The notes under the pieces were generated by a model that had not been told where the DNA came from, did not search any database, and was given only the letters and a program-made list of their open reading frames with translations. A program made the translations under genes and the position numbers. From Fibrobacteria bacterium (GTDB lineage Bacteria; Fibrobacterota; Fibrobacteria; UBA5070), in assembly GCA_035352895.1 (NCBI GenBank), contig DAOPYN010000017.1, forward strand, positions 1 to 64,000: 64,000 nucleotides of DNA, given 5' to 3'. Below, piece by piece: positions 19,349 through 29,703 of this stretch (position 1 is the stretch's first letter; each line of letters opens with the position of its first letter).

Positions 19349-19954
19349 ATGCGCAAGAAGGAAGGGGACAAGTCCAACGAGATCTTGAACGCCGCCACCC
19401 AGGTGTTCGCTCGCGACGGGTTCGACAAGGCGCAGGTCGCGGCGATCTCCACCGCCGCCGGAGTGGGAACCGGCTCCATCTACCTCTACTTCACGGGAAA
19501 AGCCGATATCCTGCGAGCGCTGTTCTCGAGGTTTTGGGATCATCTGGCAAAGGAAATGGCCAACCTAGAAACCTCCGACCCGCTTCTTCGGCTGAACGAC
19601 CAGCTGGGATTGTTCTTCGACCGCCTGGCCGTCAACCGCGACTTCGCCCGCACCTACCTGCGGGACCACCACCGTTTCCTGGAATTCGCCGACCTGGAAA
19701 GCAAGCAGGGATATCTGTCCTGCGTCGAACAGGGAAGGAATGCCTTCTTGGAGATCGCCGCCAGCCACAACGCGCACGAAACCCCTCCCGGGAACGAATC
19801 CACCGACCTGTCCCAATCGATCCTCTTCGGCGGAGTCCGCGCCTCGCTGGAACACCTGCTCACCTCGGAACTTCCTGCCGCAAGGGTACGAAGCCGCATG
19901 CTCACCATGGCCATGGCGGGAATCCTCGCCGCCACCCGGGAGAACGAACCATGA
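19349..19954 (+). CDS. TetR-family transcriptional regulator
   Basis: N-terminal HTH ILNAATQVFARDGFDKAQVAAISTAAGVGTGSIYLYF. Confidence 0.8.
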   Translation: MRKKEGDKSNEILNAATQVFARDGFDKAQVAAISTAAGVGTGSIYLYFTGKADILRALFSRFWDHLAKEMANLETSDPLLRLNDQLGLFFDRLAVNRDFARTYLRDHHRFLEFADLESKQGYLSCVEQGRNAFLEIAASHNAHETPPGNESTDLSQSILFGGVRASLEHLLTSELPAARVRSRMLTMAMAGILAATRENEP

Positions 19955-21417
19955 CCTCTCCATCGGTCAGCTCCGCGTTCCTGACCCTGTCGCTTTCCTG
20001 CCTGGCCGGTGCCTCGGAAAAGAGCCTCCAGCAGGCCATCGTCCAGCTGGAAAACGGAAACCTCGCCCTCAAGGCCCAAAGCCGCAAGGCCGAGACCGCC
20101 ACGGAACAGAAACTCGCCGCCCGGGGCAATTTCCTTCCCGTGGTTCGGCTGGACGTGGGGCTCACCCACCTGGATCGCGACATCGTGCTGGACATGGACC
20201 CCATCCGCGACGCCATGGTCCAGCTGCAGACCTCCGATGCGGTGTCCTTGTCCAAGCTGGACTACGCGATGAAGAACCCGACTTCGCCGGCCATGCCCGC
20301 GGCCGCCCAGATGGCGGTGAAAAACGGCGCCGCAGCCCAACTGAACACCGCCCTGCCCCATTTCGTGAAGACCTCCAAGGAGCAGGACGACTGGGAAGCC
20401 GCGGTGGTGGCCTACCAGCCGCTCTTCCACGGTGGACGCATCCTGGCGGCCCAACGGGTGGCGGGATCCCGGGAGAAGGCCGCCATGGCGGACCTCGCGC
20501 GGCAGACCAACGATCTGCGCCGCGACTTCACGAAGCTCTACCTGCAGGCGAGCCTGCTCCGCTCCAGCATCGCCCTGCGGAACGAATCGATCGGGGCGAT
20601 CGAGCACCACCGGCTACGCGCCAGGACGATGGTCGAGCAGGGCATGGCCGATCGGGCCGCGCTGTTGCGCGCCGAGATGACCCTGGCGGAAGCGAGGACA
20701 TCGCTCTCCGACGACAGCGCGAAGCTGGAGTCGATCGCCCTCACGCTGGCCCAGATGGCAGGTTCCGACGAGCCCATCACCCCCTCCGACACCCTGCGTC
20801 CCCCACCCTCTCCTCCGCCGCAGGAAGGACTGGAGGAACGCATCGAGGGGCAGAATCCCCTCCTGGCCTCGCTGGCCGCCCAGCAGGAACTCGCCAGGCG
20901 AGCGATCGACGTGAAGACCGCCGACTTCCTTCCCGAGATCGGGGCCTTCGGGAAGTACGAACTCAACCAGGACGCGGCCAAGGCGGCGATGGCACCCTGC
21001 TGGGTGGTGGGCGTGAAGGGCTCGGTGAACCTCTTCCGAGGCGGCGGCGACTGGTACGGCCGGATGGCCGCCCGTTCCACCGAGCTGGAGGTCGCCGCTC
21101 TCAGGAACGAGGCTCGCAACGCCCTGGTGGCGCAATCGAAACGTCAATTCCTGTCGTGCAAGCAGTCGCGCACCCGCTGGCTGAACCTCCGCTCCCAGGC
21201 GGAACTGGCCCGCGAGAACCATCGCGTGGTCTCGATGCGCTTCGAGCAGGGCCTGGCCACCTCCCTGGAGGTGGTGGACGCCTGGCTCGCCATGCAGAAG
21301 GCGGATCTTGACCGCGTCGCCGCCGCCGGGGACGCATGGATCTCGATGCAGGAGATCCTATGGGCTGCGGGTCGCACCGACGAATTCGTGAACCTCTGGA
21401 ACGGAGCTGGGAAATGA
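19951..21417 (+). CDS. Outer-membrane efflux protein (TolC-like OEP)
   Basis: ATGA overlap with the TetR stop; signal peptide; two coiled-coil/OEP repeats; length about 488 aa. Confidence 0.75.
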   Translation: MTSPSVSSAFLTLSLSCLAGASEKSLQQAIVQLENGNLALKAQSRKAETATEQKLAARGNFLPVVRLDVGLTHLDRDIVLDMDPIRDAMVQLQTSDAVSLSKLDYAMKNPTSPAMPAAAQMAVKNGAAAQLNTALPHFVKTSKEQDDWEAAVVAYQPLFHGGRILAAQRVAGSREKAAMADLARQTNDLRRDFTKLYLQASLLRSSIALRNESIGAIEHHRLRARTMVEQGMADRAALLRAEMTLAEARTSLSDDSAKLESIALTLAQMAGSDEPITPSDTLRPPPSPPPQEGLEERIEGQNPLLASLAAQQELARRAIDVKTADFLPEIGAFGKYELNQDAAKAAMAPCWVVGVKGSVNLFRGGGDWYGRMAARSTELEVAALRNEARNALVAQSKRQFLSCKQSRTRWLNLRSQAELARENHRVVSMRFEQGLATSLEVVDAWLAMQKADLDRVAAAGDAWISMQEILWAAGRTDEFVNLWNGAGK

Positions 21418-22379
21418 ACGCAATGGCAACGCATGTCTCGAGGGCATCCTTCCTCGCCGCCCTGGCGATGTTCGCTGGCTGCCGCAGCACTCCCCCGGAC
21501 CTGATCGGAATGGCCGACGGTCGCGAAATCCTGGTCTCAGCGAAGATCGCCGGCAGGCTCGCCGACGTGCGGGTCGCGGAGGGAGACCTGGTCAAGGCCG
21601 GAGACACCCTGGCGGTCCTGGCCAGTCCCGAGGTGTCCGCCAAGGTGAAGCAGGCGGCGGGTGCCGCCAAGAGCGCATCGGCCCGCCTGCGCATGGCCCG
21701 TAAGGGCGCGCGCGACGAGGAGATCCGCATGGCCACCACCCAGCTGATCCAGGCCACCGAGGCGCGCAAGCTGGCGGAATCGACCTGGAAGCGCGTATCG
21801 AAGCTCCTGGCCGACAGCGCGGTCCCCCGCCAGCAGGCGGACGAGTCGGAGTTCCGCTGGCGCACCGCCCAGGAGACGGAATCCGCCGCCGCCGCGAAGC
21901 TGGACATGGTGAGGAACGGCGCCCGGCCGGAGGAGCTGGAGGCCGCCGAGGGTCTTCTGCAGAGCGCATCGAACGCCTTGGACGAGGCGCGTTCCTGGCA
22001 GAAGGAGACCGTGGTGCTGGCCCCCTGCGACGGCGTCGTGCAGAAGCGCTACCTGGGTGCCGGCGAGATCATGGGCGCGGGTTCGCCAATCCTGGTCCTT
22101 CTGAGGCCCCAGGACACCTGGGTGGCCCTGCCCGTGCGGGAGGACCAGCTTGCCGGATTCAAGGTGGGAACCACCCTGACTGGACGGATTCCGGCGCTAG
22201 ACCGGGACTCGGTGGCGTTCAAGGTGACCTGGATGACCTCCATGGGCGACTTCGCCACCTGGCGCTCCACCAACCGCAAGGGGGACGCCGACCTGAGATC
22301 CTTCGAGGTCCGCCTGATGCCGCTCACCCCGGAACCGGGTTTCCTTCCGGGCATGACCGTGCGCTTCCCGGGGAAGTGA
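21414..22379 (+). CDS. HlyD-family membrane fusion protein (lipoprotein)
   Basis: ATGA overlap with the OEP stop; lipobox MFAGC; biotin-lipoyl-like and coiled-coil segments. Confidence 0.8.
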   Translation: MNAMATHVSRASFLAALAMFAGCRSTPPDLIGMADGREILVSAKIAGRLADVRVAEGDLVKAGDTLAVLASPEVSAKVKQAAGAAKSASARLRMARKGARDEEIRMATTQLIQATEARKLAESTWKRVSKLLADSAVPRQQADESEFRWRTAQETESAAAAKLDMVRNGARPEELEAAEGLLQSASNALDEARSWQKETVVLAPCDGVVQKRYLGAGEIMGAGSPILVLLRPQDTWVALPVREDQLAGFKVGTTLTGRIPALDRDSVAFKVTWMTSMGDFATWRSTNRKGDADLRSFEVRLMPLTPEPGFLPGMTVRFPGK

Positions 22380-22383
22380 GACC

Positions 22384-24657
22384 ATGGGACCGGCGAACTG
22401 GGCGCGGCAGGAGCTCTCGCGGTGGCGGACCAGCCCGTCGCGGCTGCTCCTGGCCCTCTCCCCGCTGGTGGTCACCGCCTTCTGCCTGTCCGTCTACCAG
22501 GCCAGGGTGGTGCGCGACCTTCCCGTCGCGGTGGTGGACCAGGACCACTCAGGGATCTCCAGGGCCCTGATCCGGGACATGGACGCCTCCCCGCAGATGG
22601 AGGTCGTCCAGGTGCCCGACGCCGAGCAGGCCATGGACGGATTCCGACGCGGCAGTTGGCGCGCGGTGGTGCTGGTGCCCCAGGGGATGGACCGCGAGAC
22701 CCGCGCAGGGCGGAGTTCCGAACTGGTGGTGTGGAGGGACGCCACCAATCCCATGGCCGCCAACCAGATCTACTCGGCGATGGCGACCATCGTCGCGACG
22801 GAGAACGGACGGCTGGTGGCGGGCAGGCTCGCCGTGGCGGGACTTCCCCTCTCGCAGGCCAAGGAAATGGCCATGCCCCTGCGGGCCGATCCGCGCGCCA
22901 TCACCAACCCCTCCTTCGACTACCTCTCCAACTTCGCCCCCGGCCTGTTCCCCGTGTTCCTCCAGATGGCCCTCATGCTGGCGGCGGGCACCATGCTCCC
23001 GGCGGGATGGAAGGGATCTTCCCGTCCGCTCGCGGAACTCGCCGGCAGATCCATCCCGTGGATCGCCCTCCAGATCCTGTCCACGCTCGTCTATTTCTCG
23101 TGGATCGCACCGCTCCTGGGCGCTCCCGCGGCGTCCCCTGCGGGAACCGTCGCGCTGGCGACCCTCCTCTCGCTGGCGAGCCTGGCCACGGGCGCGGTCT
23201 TCGGCAGGCTGGTCCAGAGCCCGGTGAAGGCTACCCAGTTCCTGCTGGCATTCAACACCCCGGCCTTTCCGCTGTCCGGCTACACCTTCCCGGAATGGGC
23301 CATGCCGCCGCTTCTTTCCAAGCTCGCGAGCCCCCTGCCGTTTTCCTTGTACATCGACGCCTACCGCGGCATGGCCGGCTGGTCGACCGACCGCCCCATC
23401 CTTGCCTGGCTGGGACTCCTGGGATGGCTGGTCGTCCCGCTGGCGATCCTGGCCATCCCGGGGAAGGGAGGCGGCCAGGAGACGGAAACCGTCAACCGTC
23501 CCGATCCCGTGTCCGGAGGATGGGGACATGCGCTGGTGCGGGAGTTCCGCCGCCTGACCAGGACCCCGGGGCTCTCCACCATCTTCCTGGCCGCGCCTCT
23601 TCTGTACCTGTGCCTGTACGGATCCATGTACATGGACAAGGAGGAGCGCCGCATCCCGCTGGCCATGGTATCCGAAGGCGGATCCAAGCTCGCGCGCGAG
23701 CTGTCGACCAACCTCTCGGCACACCCCCAGATCCGACTTCTGCCCATGACCCGACAGGAGGCGCGGCAGGCGCTTTCCAGGAACGCGGTCCGCGGCGTGC
23801 TGGAGGTCCCGGATGACCTGGACATCCGCATGCGACGCCGGGAAGCCACGGCGATCCCCCTGCTGTTCGTGGCCGACCGCTTCCTTCCCGCCAACGACCT
23901 GCAGAGATCGGTCGGCGAAGTGCTCACTTCCATGGGCACCCGGGAACGGCTGCTGTTCCTGGAATCGAAGGGACTTCCGCCCGCGATCGCCAAGGATCGC
24001 GCTTGCGCGCTGGTGATGGACGACCGTCCCCTGGGCAATCCCCACGAGACCTACGGCGACTTCATGCTTCCCATCCTGGGGATCCTGATCATGCACCAGC
24101 TGTGCCTGGTGGGATCGGCGTTCGCCGCCGCCGCGAGCGCAGGTGCGCATCGCGCCAGGGATTTCGCGGCGCGCACCGCCCTGTTCACTGGATGGTTCGG
24201 ACTGTGGCTCTTCCTTTGGGTGGCCGTCGCCATGCCCTTGCTTTCGGTGCCCCTCTCGCCCCACCTCCCCGGCCTGATCGCGCTGTCGCTCGTGGGAATG
24301 GTGGCGGTTTCGCTCCTGGGAAGCCTCCTGGGAATGATCGCTGGCGACCCTCAGATGGCCACCCAGCTTCTGGCCTTCACCAGCTACCCGTTCTTCTTCG
24401 CCTCGGGCGCCAGTTGGCCCCGCGAGATGTTCCCGGGCTGGGTGGACTTTCTGGCCAACGCGATCCCCCTGGCTCCGTGGATCACCGCGGGAAACCGCGC
24501 CATGCGATTGGGTGCCGGGCTTCCCGAGATCGCAGGCGAGATCGCGCACTTGGGGATCCTCGCCTGCGCATTGGCTGCAGGCCTGTGGATCGTATGCCGG
24601 TTCCAACCGGGACGCGCCAAGCGCGAAATCGGCCCCACCCGGCCCCTCGATTCCTAG
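22384..24657 (+). CDS. Fused tandem ABC-2-type permease (two YhhJ-like membrane domains in one 757-aa polypeptide)
   Basis: Two repeats each of N-terminal TM, large extracytoplasmic loop and 5 TM helices; no Walker A/B; directly follows the HlyD gene. Confidence 0.75.
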   Translation: MGPANWARQELSRWRTSPSRLLLALSPLVVTAFCLSVYQARVVRDLPVAVVDQDHSGISRALIRDMDASPQMEVVQVPDAEQAMDGFRRGSWRAVVLVPQGMDRETRAGRSSELVVWRDATNPMAANQIYSAMATIVATENGRLVAGRLAVAGLPLSQAKEMAMPLRADPRAITNPSFDYLSNFAPGLFPVFLQMALMLAAGTMLPAGWKGSSRPLAELAGRSIPWIALQILSTLVYFSWIAPLLGAPAASPAGTVALATLLSLASLATGAVFGRLVQSPVKATQFLLAFNTPAFPLSGYTFPEWAMPPLLSKLASPLPFSLYIDAYRGMAGWSTDRPILAWLGLLGWLVVPLAILAIPGKGGGQETETVNRPDPVSGGWGHALVREFRRLTRTPGLSTIFLAAPLLYLCLYGSMYMDKEERRIPLAMVSEGGSKLARELSTNLSAHPQIRLLPMTRQEARQALSRNAVRGVLEVPDDLDIRMRRREATAIPLLFVADRFLPANDLQRSVGEVLTSMGTRERLLFLESKGLPPAIAKDRACALVMDDRPLGNPHETYGDFMLPILGILIMHQLCLVGSAFAAAASAGAHRARDFAARTALFTGWFGLWLFLWVAVAMPLLSVPLSPHLPGLIALSLVGMVAVSLLGSLLGMIAGDPQMATQLLAFTSYPFFFASGASWPREMFPGWVDFLANAIPLAPWITAGNRAMRLGAGLPEIAGEIAHLGILACALAAGLWIVCRFQPGRAKREIGPTRPLDS

Positions 24658-24667
24658 ATTGCCCCGC

Positions 24668-24704
24668 TCCTCCACGACCGGAGGAGATCCGCGCGAAGCG
24701 GATC
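24668..24704 (+). terminator. Two adjacent GC-rich hairpins after the permease stop (possible U-tract-less terminator or speA leader structure)
   Basis: ctcctcc-acgacc-ggaggag and gatccgc-gcgaa-gcggatc perfect 7-bp inverted repeats; no T-run. Confidence 0.3.
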
Positions 24705-24733
24705 CGCTGCACAACCTCCCATAGACGCGGAGC

Positions 24734-26638
<1,905 letters not shown>

Positions 26639-26699
26639 GCCGGCAAGGCGCCTCCGATCCATCCGCCTTGCCGGAGCGGATGGATCCGCGATGCCATCG

Positions 26700-28079
26700 C
26701 TACCAGACCGCGACCAATCCCAGAGGTGAAGGCGAACCCACCGCGGCCACCGCGTGCACGCCGCGGGACAGAGCGGGTGCTCGACCCGCGCCGTCGCGCA
26801 GGGAAACACGGGCTTCCAAGGCTCCGGTCATGGAGCGGATCTCCACCTCCTGCAACGTGCGGTCCCCGGTGTCCAGGAGCCCATCGCGAAGCGTGACGCC
26901 ACCGCGGCCGGAGCGCACCTGGGGCCGCGCGGAGGAAAGGCTCGCCACCCCATCCAGGATTCCCTGGCGGAAGGCTTCGTAGGAAGGCTTGGCGCGGTAC
27001 TGCTCGTCGAACACGAGCGCGCTCTGGCCCATGCGCCAGTAGGCGTTTGTATTGTCCGCCACGCCCCAGAAGCAGATCCAGTTGGCGCCACCGCCCACCG
27101 CGGCGGCGGCCATCTGGCGGTACTGGCGCGACTGGGTGGAATCGAAGGAGGCGTTGCGGTGGGCGCTGGTCGCCGCGGCGATGGGATCGGCGTCGCCATA
27201 GTCCACCTCGGTGATGTACACCTCCAGGCCCAGCTTGCGGTATTCGGCCACCGCCGCCTTCAGCTTGGACCAGTCGTAGGTCACGTCCGTGCGGAAGTGT
27301 CCCTGGAACCCCACCGCGTCCAGCGGGACTCCTGTGTTCAGGAGGTGCTTCACCAGCTGGTAGAAGGCCTTGGCCTTGCGCGATCCGTCCCAGAACTCGA
27401 TGCCGTAGTCGCGCAGTTCCAGCTTGCCGTTGGTGCGCTTGCGGGCAATTTCGAATGCCTTGCGGATGTAGACCGGATGCTTGCCGTAGATCTTGTTGGA
27501 GGCCGGAAGTCCCGACTTGTCCTCTTCCCAGCCCATCTTCTGCCAGGGGTTGGTGTTGGCCACGCTGGACGAATCCCAATACGACCCGTCCCACATGAAG
27601 GCCTCGTTGACCACGTTCCAGTAGTCGACCTTGGTGGCGTTCCCGTTGGAGGTCATCGCGAAGTCGATCCACTTCTGCAACAGGGTCTCCAGTTCCGAAG
27701 GCGTCCATCTCCCCTCGTTGAGCCAGGTGGGGAAATAGGTGGGGGATCCGGCCAGCAGGTGGAGGGACACCTTCTTGCCCTGGGATTTGGCGATCTCGAT
27801 GACCTTGTTGGGATTGGTCATGTCGAAGCCGACCCCGGAAAGGCCTGTGCCCTTCCACGTGTCCCAGGAAGGGTAGGAGGTGGTCTGCACCAGCCCGAAT
27901 TCGCGCCCGATCACGGACTTGACCGAGTCTGCTCGTTTCCAGGACACCACGCCCTCCTTGTCGGAAGAACCGACCTCGGCGGTGGCCCCCATCAGGATAC
28001 CGTTCTGCGTGAGACCTCCGGCACCCAATGCGGGAATGGCCGCGGCCATGGCGATGGAAAGGGTCAGATTGGAATGCAT
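26700..28079 (-). CDS. Glycoside hydrolase family 10 endo-1,4-beta-xylanase with Arg-rich C-terminal domain
   Basis: Signal peptide MHSNLTLSIAMAAAIPALGAGG; GH10 acid/base WNVVNEAF and nucleophile YITEVDY; C-terminal basic domain. Confidence 0.85.
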   Translation of the reverse strand: MHSNLTLSIAMAAAIPALGAGGLTQNGILMGATAEVGSSDKEGVVSWKRADSVKSVIGREFGLVQTTSYPSWDTWKGTGLSGVGFDMTNPNKVIEIAKSQGKKVSLHLLAGSPTYFPTWLNEGRWTPSELETLLQKWIDFAMTSNGNATKVDYWNVVNEAFMWDGSYWDSSSVANTNPWQKMGWEEDKSGLPASNKIYGKHPVYIRKAFEIARKRTNGKLELRDYGIEFWDGSRKAKAFYQLVKHLLNTGVPLDAVGFQGHFRTDVTYDWSKLKAAVAEYRKLGLEVYITEVDYGDADPIAAATSAHRNASFDSTQSRQYRQMAAAAVGGGANWICFWGVADNTNAYWRMGQSALVFDEQYRAKPSYEAFRQGILDGVASLSSARPQVRSGRGGVTLRDGLLDTGDRTLQEVEIRSMTGALEARVSLRDGAGRAPALSRGVHAVAAVGSPSPLGLVAVW

Positions 28080-28186
28080 GGAAGGCGTCTCCGGAAATGG
28101 GCGTTGAGTTGCTTGGACTCCTGGTGGGGAACTTACGGGCCAGGCCCCGGACACGCCGGGGGGAAAGCGACCCAACCCATCCATTC

Positions 28187-28203
28187 TGTATCCTTTGTAT
28201 CCT
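28187..28203 (+). promoter_or_regulatory. Direct repeat TGTATCC-TT-TGTATCC (9-bp register) 12-14 nt upstream of the regulator start codon; the same motif precedes the paralogous regulator at 35157-35172
   Basis: tcTGTATCCttTGTATCCttttccccacggATG here. On the minus strand at 35144-35173 the motif reads cTGTATCaacTGTATtgttcggaccATG. Confidence 0.45.
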
Positions 28204-28214
28204 TTTCCCCACGG

Positions 28215-29570
28215 ATGAAACACCTACGCGAATCGCTGATCGCCCGATCCGGCAGAGAAGGGCAGCCTCTGCCTTCGGTGCGAGCCCTGGCCCACGCGCA
28301 CCAGGTGACTCCCCGCACCATGCACAGGGCGCTGAAATCCCTGGAGCGGGAAGGGCTGGTCCATGCGCTGGATCGCAAGGGGTTCTTCTGGGGAAGGAAC
28401 CCTCCCCCACCCGCGCCGCTGGCCGCATCCTCCCGTTCCCGGTCGGAGGACGTGCGCGAGCGGCTCCTGGAAGACCTCCGGAGGGGAGTCTTCCATCCGC
28501 ACAAGCCCCTGCCGGACTCCCGGACCCTGGGGGAGGTCCACGGGATCGGCGCGCGGAGGATGTCGCTTTTGTTGTCGGATCTTGTCAACAACGGATGGCT
28601 GGTGCGCAAGGGGAGATCGCTCCACATCCCCCCTCCCACGCCGGGGCGCTCCCGCGCCACCGTGGCGGTGGTGTCGCGCTGCGACGAGCATGGCATGCTC
28701 CTGTTGGATTCGGAACGGGAAACGGACTTCCTGAAGTCCGTGCGGATCCAATCGCGGGAACTGGCGCTGGAACCACTCTTCGCGGGGTGGCACGAAAGCC
28801 CTTCCGGTGGACGACTCCTGGACCACCAGGGATCGCCCCTGCGTCTGGACCGCCAGCCGCTGCCGCTCCTGGGCATCCTCGCCTCCACCTGGCTGATCCA
28901 GGATCCGCAAGATCTCATCGCGCACCTGCGATCGGCAAAGGTGCCGCTTTCCGTCTGGTGGGAGCATCCCGCCTCGAGCTTTCCCCACCTCCGATCCGGT
29001 TCGCTGGTGGGTTTCAACCTTTCCTTCGGAGCGAGTGCCGGATGGGAGGCGGGCAGGCATCTGCGGACCATGGGCATCCGATCGCTGGCGTTCGTCTCGC
29101 CCTTCCACGCCTCGGAGTGGTCGCGCTCGCGCCTGGAGGGATTGCGTCAAGCGATGGAAGGGACCGGCATCGAAGTGCTGGAACGGGTGGACGCCACCTG
29201 GGAAAGCGCCTGGCACCTGCGCCAGGACGCGGGAAGCGCACCCGAAGGGGAACGCAGGCTGCGCTCCCTGGTGGAGGGCCTGGTCTCCCCGGCCGACCTC
29301 GCCGACCATCCCGACTGGGTTGTCGTCAACGACCACGTGGCCGTCCACCTGATCGGGATCTGCCGGGAACGGTCGATCCCGCGTCCGCGCATCCTCTCGT
29401 TCGACAACACATCGGCCAGCGAGGCCCACCAGTTCGACTCCTTCGAGTTCCACACCGACGGCATGGTCCGCCAGATGCTCCAGCAGACGCTCCACCCCAA
29501 CGCCAAGCTCTTCCAGGATGGCGGACTCCACGAGATGATGGGCCGGCTGGTGGTGCGCGAACGCAGGTGA
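28215..29570 (+). CDS. GntR-type wHTH transcriptional regulator with large C-terminal sugar-binding-like (LacI/PBP-type) domain
   Basis: N-terminal LPSVRALAHAHQVTPRTMHRALKSLEREGLVHALDRKGFFW (GntR wHTH); about 350-aa C-terminal domain; 448-aa paralog at 33800-35146. Confidence 0.7.
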   Translation: MKHLRESLIARSGREGQPLPSVRALAHAHQVTPRTMHRALKSLEREGLVHALDRKGFFWGRNPPPPAPLAASSRSRSEDVRERLLEDLRRGVFHPHKPLPDSRTLGEVHGIGARRMSLLLSDLVNNGWLVRKGRSLHIPPPTPGRSRATVAVVSRCDEHGMLLLDSERETDFLKSVRIQSRELALEPLFAGWHESPSGGRLLDHQGSPLRLDRQPLPLLGILASTWLIQDPQDLIAHLRSAKVPLSVWWEHPASSFPHLRSGSLVGFNLSFGASAGWEAGRHLRTMGIRSLAFVSPFHASEWSRSRLEGLRQAMEGTGIEVLERVDATWESAWHLRQDAGSAPEGERRLRSLVEGLVSPADLADHPDWVVVNDHVAVHLIGICRERSIPRPRILSFDNTSASEAHQFDSFEFHTDGMVRQMLQQTLHPNAKLFQDGGLHEMMGRLVVRERR

Positions 29571-29703
29571 CCGCGCCGATCGCCTTCCGACCTCGCGCCC
29601 CGGGATCGCGGCCGCGTTATCCATCTTTCCCTTCCATGAACCGAATCGCGGCCTCCACGCTCCTTGGCATCGTTCGGGTCTCGCCTTCGCCCCGGCCTCG
29701 GCC

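Noticed and set aside
24668-24704. Possibility that the twin hairpins upstream of speA form a polyamine-responsive attenuator or riboswitch
   Set aside because: No U-tract, no recognisable conserved riboswitch core, and they sit only about 10 nt after the upstream stop. They are more plausibly a factor-dependent or U-less terminator. Kept as a low-confidence feature only.
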